Shown: positions 1 through 9,722, counted from the stretch's first letter. The stretch: DNA of 39,798 nucleotides from an uncultured Candidatus Saccharibacteria bacterium (GCA_964535155.1 CAZHSR010000001.1:13896-53693); one strand, 5' to 3'. Notes: generated from the letters alone by a model not told the origin. Made by a program: numbers and translations.

Positions 1-579
1 GCTAATATTAATGCAACTACTCATCCCATAAATATTTTTCTTATTTTCATCGCTTTCAAACCACTCGTTATAATTTAAGGCTATTTTGTCTTTTAGGATA
101 TTTGTTATCCCAAGATATTCCTTAGCGTAGGCTATCCATAAATTGGGGGTATCTTTAAACTCTTCTAAACTGGGCTTCCATTCTTTTCTATGTTCCCCTC
201 TAAACCATTTAAATTTACTAGCAAATAGATTAAATGGATCCCGTAATACTAGTAATGTATTAAATTCTTGTGTGGATCCTAACCAAGCATCGTGGTTAAT
301 AGCTAAGTCCTCATAAGAGAATTTATTAAAATACATATCCTCAAAGTTATATATTAGTAAGCCTTTATCTACTATAGGGTCTTTTGTGCTCTTGGGGTCT
401 TCTGCTTCTTGCTTTCCACCCTTATAAGTTTCAAAGGGATTTCCAACAAGGTCACAATCATTTAAAAAACAATGTTTGCCTAGGGTATTTGCCATAACCC
501 ATTCCATAATAGCGTGATGACCGCTTCTACGCATTGCAAAAACAGCATATTCCTTTTTATTTCTATAAGATATTCCCAT
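1..579 (-). CDS. hypothetical protein, 3' end cut by window edge (193 codons visible)
   Basis: Own translation of the minus strand: ATG at 579-577, then an open frame to position 1 (MGISYRNKKEYAVFAMRRSGHHAIMEWVMANTLGKHCFLNDCDL...). It is absent from the ORF track because no stop lies in the window. The RRSGHH loop is only vaguely sulfotransferase-like, so no function is claimed. Confidence 0.5.
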   Translation of the reverse strand, partial: MGISYRNKKEYAVFAMRRSGHHAIMEWVMANTLGKHCFLNDCDLVGNPFETYKGGKQEAEDPKSTKDPIVDKGLLIYNFEDMYFNKFSYEDLAINHDAWLGSTQEFNTLLVLRDPFNLFASKFKWFRGEHRKEWKPSLEEFKDTPNLWIAYAKEYLGITNILKDKIALNYNEWFESDENKKNIYGMSSCINIS

Positions 580-611
580 GCGTATCATTATATCAGTGTT
601 ATATAGGAATT

Positions 612-659
612 TGAGACATTCCTTTTTTATACTGTCTCATTTGTCTCATTTGTCTCATT
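612..659. repeat. TGAGACA (612-618) inverted relative to three tandem 9-bp units TGTCTCATT (633-641, 642-650, 651-659)
   Basis: Read directly from the sequence. It lies in the divergent intergenic region between the 1-579 (-) and 762-1538 (+) genes. Confidence 0.8.
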
Positions 660-761
660 TACATCCTAGAGAATAAAAAGGGTTCTAGATCGACATGCTC
701 AGCCAGAATAGGTACTTAGGAGACCACAAAGACCAATAGAATATTTTCAAGATATATATAT

Positions 762-1538
762 ATGAGTAAAGATAATAAAGAAAGTCAAAAAAATAAAATA
801 AGTGTTCATGAATTTTATTTCGATACGCCTTTATATGCAACAATTGAACATGAAGGAGTAAATGGGGATATTTTTAAGGGGGATGTTGATGGATATAACC
901 CAATTCAAAAATACGAAACCACTTTTAAAATCTCTGATTGTAGGCTGGGAAGTTATGGCGGTTTTCACTACGACTTCCATCTTGTGACGCTTATATGTAA
1001 AAGAGATGAGGATACTATCCTCACATTTATAGTCTTTGAAGGGGATAACAGCGTAGTTAAAATTGGCCAAAATCCTTCACTAGCGGATATCCAATTTGCA
1101 GCCCTGGGAAAGAAATACGACAAATTACTTGAAAAAGAGCAGTTATCCGAATTTAAAAAATCTATCGGCCTCGCTACCCATGGCGCTGGAGCGGGGTCAC
1201 TAATATACTTGCGCAGATTATTTGAAGATCTAGTAATACAAGCATACAAAGATAATATGCAGGATATTACAACAGAAAGATCTAATTTTATGAAACTTAG
1301 AATGAACAAAAAAGTAGAGTTACTAGAAAAATATCTACCTAGTCAACTATCTAAAATGAAATATATATACTCTTTATTGAGTGATGGAATTCACAATCTG
1401 ACCGAAAAGGAGTGTCTTGAATATTTTCCACCTCTTAAATTATCGGTCGAGCTGATACTGGACCAAAAAATTGAATTGGCAGAAAAGACAAAGAGAGATG
1501 AATCTGTTAGAAGGCAGTTGCAAGCCCTCGTTAGGTAG
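762..1538 (+). CDS. hypothetical protein (258 aa)
   Basis: Long ORF with no motif I can name. ORFs 831-1070 and 968-1309 on the minus strand are antisense shadows. Confidence 0.6.
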   Translation: MSKDNKESQKNKISVHEFYFDTPLYATIEHEGVNGDIFKGDVDGYNPIQKYETTFKISDCRLGSYGGFHYDFHLVTLICKRDEDTILTFIVFEGDNSVVKIGQNPSLADIQFAALGKKYDKLLEKEQLSEFKKSIGLATHGAGAGSLIYLRRLFEDLVIQAYKDNMQDITTERSNFMKLRMNKKVELLEKYLPSQLSKMKYIYSLLSDGIHNLTEKECLEYFPPLKLSVELILDQKIELAEKTKRDESVRRQLQALVR

Positions 1539-1577
1539 CTTATTCAAGTTTCTTAATCGACAGGCTCGACCAAAAAA

Positions 1578-1871
1578 ATGGAGAAAATAACAAATGCGGA
1601 TTTAAAAATCAGTGTATCTGACCAAGTTACCGTTTCTGAAAACCGACTAGAACTAAAATTGAGAGGTATTGGAGGCTTTATTCTAAACCACTTCAAGTGG
1701 TATAGAAGATTATCAGGAGAGAGAAATAATCAAACAGATCAGAAAATTATTATTGACAGAACACATCCAAATAAAACCTCTAAATACCACCAATCAATAG
1801 AATATGACTCTTTAGGTAACATTATTGATTATCACGAACATACAGATATTTCTGAGGCAGTCCACCGATAG
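1578..1871 (+). CDS. hypothetical protein (97 aa)
   Basis: ORF only; co-directional with its neighbours. Confidence 0.4.
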   Translation: MEKITNADLKISVSDQVTVSENRLELKLRGIGGFILNHFKWYRRLSGERNNQTDQKIIIDRTHPNKTSKYHQSIEYDSLGNIIDYHEHTDISEAVHR

Positions 1872-1935
1872 CCACAAACAGCATATAAAATCCCCAGCCA
1901 AAAAATCCTCACACAAAATAATGTACAATTAAGGC

Positions 1936-2286
1936 ATGAAATTCCATTCAGCAATTTTCTATTCTAAGGATTTGACGCCATTAAAACCCTTTTATATAGA
2001 CTTTTTAGGACTAACTATTGACAGAGAAGCCCCAGATAAATTTTTATCCTTAAAGTTTTCTGACTCAACTAGGTTAGGGATTAAGGTCGGTGATAAAGCA
2101 AGGGAAATAGGTGGCCATGGGACAATCTTTGTGGAAGTTAAAAATATTGAGAATTGGTACCAAAAAGCTATTGATGCAAATGTGGAAATCTATAAAGAAC
2201 TAACTATACAACCTTGGGCAACTTCATTTAGTGTGCTTGACCCTGATGGGAATAAAATTGAGTTTATTAAATCTGAAAATGAATAA
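1936..2286 (+). CDS. VOC / glyoxalase-bleomycin resistance family protein
   Basis: 116 aa. The N-terminal MKFHSAIFYSKDL...FYIDFLGL and C-terminal DPDGNKIEF are typical of the VOC beta-alpha-beta-beta-beta fold family. Confidence 0.75.
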   Translation: MKFHSAIFYSKDLTPLKPFYIDFLGLTIDREAPDKFLSLKFSDSTRLGIKVGDKAREIGGHGTIFVEVKNIENWYQKAIDANVEIYKELTIQPWATSFSVLDPDGNKIEFIKSENE

Positions 2287-2806
2287 ACAGTTTTTACTAA
2301 TATTGGATGGACCAATGGGTGGTGGAAAAACTACTGTATCAAAACTCCTTTTCGAAAAATTAGATAAGACACTCTTCACAGGTTTTGACAAAATAAAATT
2401 CACTATTTCAGGCTATTCAAGAACTTCTGCGGAGAACGAAGTCGTAGCAGGTTTAGTAGCTTCTTTAACTTTCAAAGCTTTGGATAAAGGTTTAAATGTT
2501 TGTGTAGAACAAGGCTTCATGAAAAGTGAATTTTTAGAGCCGTATATAAGAAAAACAAAGGAATTAGACATACCTATATTTATTTTCCAATTGGAAGCCC
2601 CTAGAGAAGTACTTCTAAGCCGAATACTTAATAGACCAAAAGCAGAACATGCAAAACAGCCAATTAGCCAAGAAAAGGTTGAAAAGAATTTAGATACTTA
2701 TTTTACATACAAATATAAGAGAGCAAGAATAATAGATACATCAAAAAAGAGTCCAGCATCTATAGCTGAGGAGATATTTGAATATGTCAATAATTTGGAC
2801 AATTAA
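2279..2806 (+). CDS. P-loop NTPase / small-molecule kinase-like protein
   Basis: Walker A motif LILDGPMGGGKTT sits right after the internal ATG at 2279. This start overlaps the upstream stop (ATGAATAA). The track start at 2231 would overlap the VOC gene by 56 nt. Confidence 0.65.
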   Translation: MNKQFLLILDGPMGGGKTTVSKLLFEKLDKTLFTGFDKIKFTISGYSRTSAENEVVAGLVASLTFKALDKGLNVCVEQGFMKSEFLEPYIRKTKELDIPIFIFQLEAPREVLLSRILNRPKAEHAKQPISQEKVEKNLDTYFTYKYKRARIIDTSKKSPASIAEEIFEYVNNLDN

Positions 2807-2809
2807 ACC

Positions 2810-3202
2810 ATGAAAGAATCACCCCACATAGATATATTTATAGAAGATCCAGAAACCTCCCAATCAAAAATACATCTGAATATCGTTGTAAACGAGTTAG
2901 ACAAATGCTCCGATTTTTATAACAAAGTAAGTCTATCCATTACTGGAAATCCCTTATTAAGAGGCGTTTTTGAATATAAAAATGTAACAATTTCTCTCTC
3001 AGAAAATAGAACAAATAAAAAGGGAGATAAAATCTATTTAGGTATGAGATTGAGAAACCTAAAAGAAATAGCAAAAAAACTTAAAGAACACGACATTGAA
3101 CCCTTTAGAGAATACGAAAATCTAAAAGGAAGGGCAATAACAATAATTAAAGATCCCTGTGATAATTATATTGAGTTTTCAGAAAATTTAACCAAACAAT
3201 GA
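2810..3202 (+). CDS. small VOC-like protein (130 aa)
   Basis: C-terminal KDPCDNYIEFSE resembles the VOC-family DPDGNxIEF terminus. Otherwise weak. Confidence 0.45.
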   Translation: MKESPHIDIFIEDPETSQSKIHLNIVVNELDKCSDFYNKVSLSITGNPLLRGVFEYKNVTISLSENRTNKKGDKIYLGMRLRNLKEIAKKLKEHDIEPFREYENLKGRAITIIKDPCDNYIEFSENLTKQ

Positions 3203-3218
3203 GGAAACCAATTATTTA

Positions 3219-3749
3219 ATGCAAACAAATTTATATACAGAAGTAATCGAAGTATTAACCAGCACATTAGTGGAAACATTTTTTTCCTTTTTCCTAAATT
3301 TCTGGTATCTCTGGCTACCCATAATAAGCATAGCAACCTTCAAAATTTTTCTAGCAATCCATCGATTACATAAAATAAAAAAATCAGGTCTTTTTGAAAT
3401 AGTCAAAATGTATGGAACTGACTTTGAAATCTTCCTGAAGCAACTTTTTATTAAACTGGGATACAAAGTGGAAGTAACTGGAAGAATGGCAGATTATGGC
3501 GCGGATTTAACAATTGAAAAGGATAACATTAGAACTGCGGTTCAGGCCAAATGTTGGAGAAGTCCTGTTACTGTCAAGGCAATTCAAGAGGTAACCGCAG
3601 CTAAAGCTCATTACAATGCCACGGAAGCTATGGTAGTAACCAATAGCCGTTTTACTTCTAATGCGAGGGTTCTTGCAGAGGAAAATCACATACGGCTTGT
3701 GGATAGGGAGAAATTGGCGTCATTGATACTTCAAAGTAATAAGATATAA
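3219..3749 (+). CDS. membrane-anchored restriction endonuclease (Mrr_cat-like) domain protein
   Basis: N-terminal hydrophobic helices, then FEIFLKQLFIKLGYKVEVTGRMADYGADLTIEKDN..AVQAKCW...VVTNSRFTSNA...IRLVDREKL. This is the D-(D/E)xK layout of the Mrr catalytic domain. Confidence 0.75.
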   Translation: MQTNLYTEVIEVLTSTLVETFFSFFLNFWYLWLPIISIATFKIFLAIHRLHKIKKSGLFEIVKMYGTDFEIFLKQLFIKLGYKVEVTGRMADYGADLTIEKDNIRTAVQAKCWRSPVTVKAIQEVTAAKAHYNATEAMVVTNSRFTSNARVLAEENHIRLVDREKLASLILQSNKI

Positions 3750-4045
3750 AATGTATTGTGAGGCATGTCCTTGAGAATGAAAACCCTCAAATTCACCTCT
3801 TTATATAGGGCTTATATTTTTATGAATAAAGGCGTTTTTTTGAATAACAAATAACAAAAGACAAAACCTCATGTGCTATATAGGGTGACCATTCCGGAGA
3901 CCCACACATGAGGAATTATTTGTTATAGAAAGTATACATATTGAAAATGTTAAAGCAAATTTCAGAAGAATTCTCCAAACCTCCTTTCCTCCTGCAGTAG
4001 GAAAAGTAAGGTCTATTTTGGCTTATTTGTCAAACCACACATCAC

Positions 4046-4285
4046 TTAGAATAATCTAGCTATAAAAAGCACAAACAGCGCCCCTATAACCGCAATTACA
4101 ATGGAAGGTAGGTTAAATCCCGTTACATCCACTCCAAAGAGCTTTTGTCCCAAAAATCCACCTACAATAGCCCCAATAATTCCAAGGATAATTGATCCCA
4201 CTATGCCCCCACTCGAACTCGGGGAAATAAAATTGGCAATACCTCCAACAATTAATCCAAAAACGATCCAGTAAATAATACTCAC
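4046..4285 (-). CDS. GlsB/YeaQ/YmgE family stress-response membrane protein
   Basis: 79 aa, glycine-rich TM repeats (MSIIYWIVFGLIVGGIANFI...GAIVGGFLG). Confidence 0.8.
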   Translation of the reverse strand: MSIIYWIVFGLIVGGIANFISPSSSGGIVGSIILGIIGAIVGGFLGQKLFGVDVTGFNLPSIVIAVIGALFVLFIARLF

Positions 4286-4354
4286 TTAAATCACCTCCAG
4301 TACAGTTTAAAACTAGCAATAAATACGACTAACCAACTAACTAACAGCTAGCTT

Positions 4355-4795
4355 TTAGCCTTGCTGCTTCTCTCCTGAAAGGATTTGGACTAGCTTAACT
4401 ATTCCCCAGGCTGCAAAGGCATATGCGAACAAAGCCACTATTGTAGCGGGTTCAAAAATTGAGTTAGCCTCCAACCCCTCTGATATTCCTCTACTAAATA
4501 TACCTTCAAAAGGTAAGATGAAAATACCTGTTATGCCGTAGATGAAGTTGACGAAAGCACTTGCACTACTTGCAGCGGCCAACTTAAAGACTAAGCGGAA
4601 GGCTAGTAATGCTTCAAGAATTCCAAAACCAAAGTAGATTAAATATTCTATAGTCTGGGAACTTGTAGCAGCAGTTTGCACTTGTGTAGCCATTACTGGG
4701 TTACTTTCTTTACCTGTAGGATTATTTAACATTGTTGTATCCTCATGTCCTTGGGTAGTTACTGTCTCTTTAATTATTTCTGTCATTTTTATCAC
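4355..4795 (-). CDS. YggT-like membrane protein
   Basis: LEALLAFRLVFKL...FVNFIYGITGIFILPFEGIF resembles the YGGT repeat. The N-terminal tail is low complexity. Confidence 0.45.
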   Translation of the reverse strand: MIKMTEIIKETVTTQGHEDTTMLNNPTGKESNPVMATQVQTAATSSQTIEYLIYFGFGILEALLAFRLVFKLAAASSASAFVNFIYGITGIFILPFEGIFSRGISEGLEANSIFEPATIVALFAYAFAAWGIVKLVQILSGEKQQG

Positions 4796-4844
4796 CTGCT
4801 TTCGGTTAAAATCAATACGCTTTAGCTAAAAACAATTCTATGCT

Positions 4845-5069
4845 TTATTTTCTGTCTATCTGATCTCTAATGTCAACTTTTTTTATGATGGTTTCTTTTG
4901 GTAAATAGTTGAGAAGGGCTTTTTCAATAAGGGCCGTTAAAGTTAAATTTTCAACTACTGCCTGTGCTCTGGCTTGTGTGGCAATGGATGGGTTAATAAA
5001 TATGGTTACTCTTTGTTTGGTATCACTTGACATATTACAAGTATTACATGTATTTGTAATACTTGTCAA
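4845..5069 (-). CDS. small ribbon-helix-helix-like protein (74 aa)
   Basis: RVTIFINPSIATQARAQAVVENLTLTALIEKALLNYL has a beta-strand then two-helix pattern like CopG/RHH. Weak. Confidence 0.4.
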   Translation of the reverse strand: MTSITNTCNTCNMSSDTKQRVTIFINPSIATQARAQAVVENLTLTALIEKALLNYLPKETIIKKVDIRDQIDRK

Positions 5070-5077
5070 TAGCAGGA

Positions 5078-6673
5078 TTAGTTTAAAGGCAGGGAACTCC
5101 TTATATTAAAGATTGGCACACCTTCCCGATTTATGCTGGTTATCAAAGGATATATTTCCTCAAAACCTTTTAGCTTGTCCTTGTGCGTGTCACAAATTAT
5201 AATATTGGCATCTTCCGCGCCATCCACTAGTCCAAACTTAAATTGTGAATAGTAAACAACTGGAAACTTGCTATCACAAGAATATACTTTTAAATCTTCT
5301 ACCTCGTGAGAAACTGCAAAATCTCTTACATACTCAGCAGCTTCCTTGTAGGCAGCTCCCCAATAGTCAACATCAAAATTTCCTGAAACATTTTTTAAAC
5401 CGCCTGTTAATTCGTTAAAATAAATGTATTCGTAGGGATGCAAATGTACCATCCGATAGGCGGTGAACATAAAGTAAATACCTACAACTGCAACTACAAT
5501 CTTGCAGATGTGAAAATTTAATGTTTTAAAAACATCCAAAAAGAAAAACCCAGAAATTAAAGTTACTAGAACAACTAAATACAAAAAGTGCCTAATTCCA
5601 TTGTAAACAACGGGTTTTATTGCCAAATAAATTGCAAAATTTAAAAGACAAAGGATTGTTAGTAAAACCAAGGGATGATCTTTTTGATATTTAAGCTTTC
5701 TTTTCAACATAAGAAGCATGCCCGCCAAAAGAGGAAATAAGCTAAATAAAGGCATCTTTATACCCAAATAAACAAATAAGTAATGCCAAGGTCTTTCAGA
5801 TTTTCTTAAATATTCTCCAAAATAAATAATCTCGTGATTCCAATCGGCATATCCAGCAGCATTAACCAAAAGCCCATAAAAATTAAGGGGAAGATTTGCA
5901 CCAAGGAAGGGGAGGGCAATAATCCAAATGATAAGAGAAACAATAAAAATTAAAAGGGATTTAAGGCAAAAGTTAAAAAAGGCTTGAATATTGTGCTTTT
6001 TAAAGGGAAGAAAATCGGAAATTCCTAGGAAAAAATAGACCATCAATAAAGTTAACCCAACAACTCTTTGACTTTGTGCAAGCCCAAAAATTACGCCTAA
6101 AACTAAAATTTCCAAAAGCTCATTTTTCTTACGAGTTCTAAAAAAGTAAATTTCCAAAGCTCCCAAAAGGAAAATTGTAGCAAAAGGAATATCCTTTGGA
6201 TTTGCGGGAATATGCCCCAATAAATAAGGGGAAAAAGCAATAAATAGGGGAGCAAGAATAGCCTTTTTTCCACTTTTGTAATGCAAATAAAAGAGTACAT
6301 AAGAAAACAAGAACAGAGACCATCCAAAAAGCATGTTTTGCAAATGGAACCACTCAAAATAATAATTTGGGTTAAAAATATTAACCAAGGCGGGATAAAT
6401 TCTTGAATAAACGCTAAACAACGGAAGGTGCCTATGCTCAATATGAACGGGCTTTTTGTTTACTAAATTTGAAACATAATCCAAGGAAGTTGGGGTTTGA
6501 TAATAAGTAAGCAAATACTTTCCCGCGTCGTACTCTACTTTTTCATCGTATGTAACACCAAAGTCCTTGTAGGTTAAAAAGGAAAAAGCTAGATATAAAA
6601 GGGTAAAAATTAAGAAAAGAAAGTGGCTCTTTAAAAAAGACTTAAATTTTTCCAAGAATCTTAAAATCCTCAT
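5078..6673 (-). CDS. GT-C fold membrane glycosyltransferase (ArnT/PMT-like)
   Basis: 531 aa polytopic protein. An acidic motif (TYDEKVEYDAG) lies in the first loop after TM1, followed by a soluble C-terminal domain, as in GT39/GT83 enzymes. Confidence 0.65.
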   Translation of the reverse strand: MRILRFLEKFKSFLKSHFLFLIFTLLYLAFSFLTYKDFGVTYDEKVEYDAGKYLLTYYQTPTSLDYVSNLVNKKPVHIEHRHLPLFSVYSRIYPALVNIFNPNYYFEWFHLQNMLFGWSLFLFSYVLFYLHYKSGKKAILAPLFIAFSPYLLGHIPANPKDIPFATIFLLGALEIYFFRTRKKNELLEILVLGVIFGLAQSQRVVGLTLLMVYFFLGISDFLPFKKHNIQAFFNFCLKSLLIFIVSLIIWIIALPFLGANLPLNFYGLLVNAAGYADWNHEIIYFGEYLRKSERPWHYLFVYLGIKMPLFSLFPLLAGMLLMLKRKLKYQKDHPLVLLTILCLLNFAIYLAIKPVVYNGIRHFLYLVVLVTLISGFFFLDVFKTLNFHICKIVVAVVGIYFMFTAYRMVHLHPYEYIYFNELTGGLKNVSGNFDVDYWGAAYKEAAEYVRDFAVSHEVEDLKVYSCDSKFPVVYYSQFKFGLVDGAEDANIIICDTHKDKLKGFEEIYPLITSINREGVPIFNIRSSLPLN

Positions 6674-6721
6674 GGAAAAAGTATATCAAGTAGAAAAGCT
6701 GTTGTAACCTTTAAAGCTTAA

Positions 6722-7627
6722 TTAAGGCGTTTCCAACTCAATTTGCACATGCGCCACATCGGGAAGGGCTTCATTTATTTCAACCTTAATCCTATCCATT
6801 AGGCGCTCAATCTCATCCGTTGTTAAGCCGTTTCTAACATGCACTTCCAAATTTACCAATAATTTTTCTGGACCAATAATTGTGCCTTTTAAATCAAGCA
6901 CTTCTAAAACCTCTGGCTGTTCTAGGACTGCTTCCTTAATTTTTTCTTTCTGAGAGTCGGAAATACTTAATCCAATAAGCAAATCCTTAACCGAAAGGAT
7001 GATGCCCCGAGCAAAAACCATTATTAACACACCAATTAAAATGGCGCCAATAGCATCAAATTGGGGGTTGCCCGTAAGGATATAAATCAATAGAGCCAGA
7101 ATTCCAACTAATGCTGCCAAAGTGCCAATTAAATCCAAGATCAGGGAAGTCTTTAGGTCAACTAAAAGTGAGTCCCGATACTGATCCCGTATAGATTTAC
7201 CTTTCTGCAAAAAGAGGCCCTTATAATTTAGACAAAAAGAATAGCCATTACTAACAACCGCAACTCCCAAAATGATAAGTGCAATATGAATGTTCTCAAT
7301 TGGTTGCGGATTTAGAAAACGAGTCACGCCAGAATAAATGGAAAGCCCAGATAATGCTGTTGCCATAACAATGGATGTGATTAAAACCCAAAAATACATT
7401 TCCCTGCCATACCCAAAAGGATGCTTTTTATCCGCCCGTTTATTGGAACGATTTAAGCCTACAAGGAGGAAAGTAGCCGAGGCGGTATCAACAATTCCTT
7501 GGAGGGTTTCTGCAAGCATGACCACACTTCCTGTGAGGAGGAGGGCAAGTAGGCTTAAGGAAATGTCGAGCAGGTTTACAAAAAAGCCTGTTAAAAGTAT
7601 TTTCTTAGTTGTGATTTTTTTTGACAT
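6722..7627 (-). CDS. cation diffusion facilitator (CDF) family transporter
   Basis: Six TM segments, KKHPFGYGR signature and a C-terminal cytoplasmic alpha/beta domain. Confidence 0.85.
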   Translation of the reverse strand: MSKKITTKKILLTGFFVNLLDISLSLLALLLTGSVVMLAETLQGIVDTASATFLLVGLNRSNKRADKKHPFGYGREMYFWVLITSIVMATALSGLSIYSGVTRFLNPQPIENIHIALIILGVAVVSNGYSFCLNYKGLFLQKGKSIRDQYRDSLLVDLKTSLILDLIGTLAALVGILALLIYILTGNPQFDAIGAILIGVLIMVFARGIILSVKDLLIGLSISDSQKEKIKEAVLEQPEVLEVLDLKGTIIGPEKLLVNLEVHVRNGLTTDEIERLMDRIKVEINEALPDVAHVQIELETP

Positions 7628-7634
7628 AAAAACC

Positions 7635-8792
7635 TTAAACAGGCAAAACTACCCAAAAAGTACTCCCCTTATAGTCACCTTCAGAAAAGCATCCAACTGA
7701 ACCTCCCATGGCCTCCACAAATATCTTTACTGCATATAAACCCAAACCCGTTCCTCCAGATATAGCCATCTTCTTATAAGAGTTCTCCACTCTTCCAAAT
7801 TTTGTAAAAAGCTTGGAGATTTCATCTTTGCTTAAACCTACGCCACTATCAATTACCGAAATCTTTAATTCCGTTTCCTTTTTCTCAATCCTAACCGTAA
7901 TACCTCCTTTATCCGTAAATTTGATTGCGTTATTCACCAAATTTAAAAAGCATGATTTTAACTTCACTTCGTCATATAAAACTTCCATATTTTTGTCACA
8001 ATTCACTAAATCCAGTTTTAAGTAAATATTCTTTTCATTTGCTTGCGGGATAAAGGAATTTACCACATCCTCAACAAGTTCAACAATCTTCCCAGGGACA
8101 ATATTAAATTCCAGCTTTCCCTGTTCTACTCTAGAAATATTTAACATATCATTTACCATGGAAATCATTTGCTCCGTACTTTTAGAGGCCATATCCAAAT
8201 ACTGATTAGCATCAGAATTACCTAGTGGTGTAAGTTCCTCTTGCAATAACCATAAAACACTTTTTATAACAGTTAGGGGACTTCTAAGCTCATGAGATGC
8301 TAAAGAAAGAAAGTCATCTTTTGCCTTATCCAACAGGATTTCCTTTGTTACATCCGACATTGTAATTAAGCATTCAGACTCATTGGGATTAACTTCCGAG
8401 TCGATCTGGGAAAATTTTACATTTAGATAATAATCTTGTTGATCAGACTTTAAAATTAGGTTGTATAAAACTGGCATTTTCTGTGGAGGTAAAAAGCAAT
8501 ATTGCTTAATATCTATAGGAACGCCTTCTTCGTTTTTCAAATGAATTACATGATCAATATTTTTCCCCAAAACACTATGCCCTGGTAATCCAAGCATTTT
8601 TTCTAGGGCGTTGTTAAAAATGGTTATTTTATAATCAGTGTCTAGAGCAAAAACCCCTTCGGATACGTTATATAACAAATCTTCCGCACGCCTTCGTTCC
8701 TTTAGTAGCTCAAGGTTTCTCTTATATATTTCTTGGGCAATATCTTCTTTGGGATTTTTAGAAACGATGGGCATATTTGGATTATACAACAA
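7635..8792 (-). CDS. PAS-domain sensor histidine kinase (soluble)
   Basis: H-box SHELRSPLT, N box LVNNAIKFT, G boxes DSGVGL and GGTGLGL. A PAS-like N-terminal half; no TM segment. Confidence 0.85.
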   Translation of the reverse strand: MLYNPNMPIVSKNPKEDIAQEIYKRNLELLKERRRAEDLLYNVSEGVFALDTDYKITIFNNALEKMLGLPGHSVLGKNIDHVIHLKNEEGVPIDIKQYCFLPPQKMPVLYNLILKSDQQDYYLNVKFSQIDSEVNPNESECLITMSDVTKEILLDKAKDDFLSLASHELRSPLTVIKSVLWLLQEELTPLGNSDANQYLDMASKSTEQMISMVNDMLNISRVEQGKLEFNIVPGKIVELVEDVVNSFIPQANEKNIYLKLDLVNCDKNMEVLYDEVKLKSCFLNLVNNAIKFTDKGGITVRIEKKETELKISVIDSGVGLSKDEISKLFTKFGRVENSYKKMAISGGTGLGLYAVKIFVEAMGGSVGCFSEGDYKGSTFWVVLPV

Positions 8793-8859
8793 TTTGGAAA
8801 GGAATAAATCAATTGGTTTTTGGTATTCAAATCATCAAGAAAAACTATATAATGACAAC

Positions 8860-9063
8860 ATGGAATTAAATATTAACGAGAACGCTCCCGCCGAAGCAAA
8901 TTTTAGAGAAGTGTCAGCAGCTTGTGCTGAAGCCGTACTATTAATTTCACAAGATGCCAAGAGACTTGAATCTGAGGTATATAAACCTGATGAGTCCTGG
9001 TGTGTAGTCACGGGAGAAGATCCACCAGATTTCAACATGGCTATCAGAAGAAGCTGTAGATAA
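8860..9063 (+). CDS. 67-aa ORF, possibly the detached N-terminal segment of the downstream GNAT gene
   Basis: MELNINENAPAEANFREV...WCVVTGEDPPDFNMAIRRSCR ends at TAA 9061-9063, and the next ORF starts at 9065 (TAA-T-ATG). The upstream part of track ORF 8638-9063 overlaps the kinase gene and is not credible. Confidence 0.3.
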   Translation: MELNINENAPAEANFREVSAACAEAVLLISQDAKRLESEVYKPDESWCVVTGEDPPDFNMAIRRSCR

Positions 9064-9064
9064 T

Positions 9065-9673
9065 ATGGTAGCAATGGTTTCAATACTTCAAGGTTACAAT
9101 AAACCATCAATACTTTTTTCCCCCACAAATGGGGTTGAACTTAGAACCATTGCAGAAACAGCAGGATTACTTCATTGTGGTACTACTCCTTTAATGGAGT
9201 TAAGATGTGAAAGATTTATCCCCGAAGAGACTGTGGGGAGAGTCAAAGTACAAGAGGTCGCGAATATGCAGGAACTAGGAGAAGCAATTAAGATACAGGC
9301 GAGTGCATTAGATTTTGATGAAGCAGTAATTACAAGAACGATGGGTGAGAAAGTCCTAGAAGTTCCAAATGTAAAAGTCTTTGTTGGAAGAGACGAGGCA
9401 GAACAACCAATCTGTACAATGACAGTTGTTGAATCAGAGGGAATTGCCACAATATGGAATGTGGGCACACTTCCAGAACATCAAAGACAGGGTTATGGAA
9501 GAGAATTAATGCAAGAAGTACTAGAACTCTACTCTGGGGGAAAAAGACCCGGTATAAAAGCTTTTTATTTAATGTCGTCAGAGGCAGGTTTAAAACTATA
9601 TAACAACCTAGGATTTGAAACAGTAAGAGAATACGACACATGGTTAGTAGGAGAAGAACCTGTTAGTGAGTAA
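9065..9673 (+). CDS. GNAT family N-acetyltransferase
   Basis: Acetyl-CoA motif A, TLPEHQRQGYGRELMQ, and C-terminal LYNNLGFE. Confidence 0.8.
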   Translation: MVAMVSILQGYNKPSILFSPTNGVELRTIAETAGLLHCGTTPLMELRCERFIPEETVGRVKVQEVANMQELGEAIKIQASALDFDEAVITRTMGEKVLEVPNVKVFVGRDEAEQPICTMTVVESEGIATIWNVGTLPEHQRQGYGRELMQEVLELYSGGKRPGIKAFYLMSSEAGLKLYNNLGFETVREYDTWLVGEEPVSE

Positions 9674-9722
9674 TTGCTAATAAATAGCAAAAAATCTTTC
9701 CAATTGACACAAAAATTAAAAT

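Noticed and set aside
2231-2278. The 5' extension of the P-loop kinase ORF from 2231
   Set aside because: It overlaps the end of the VOC gene. The internal ATG at 2279 sits directly before the Walker A motif and forms a typical overlapping stop/start junction.
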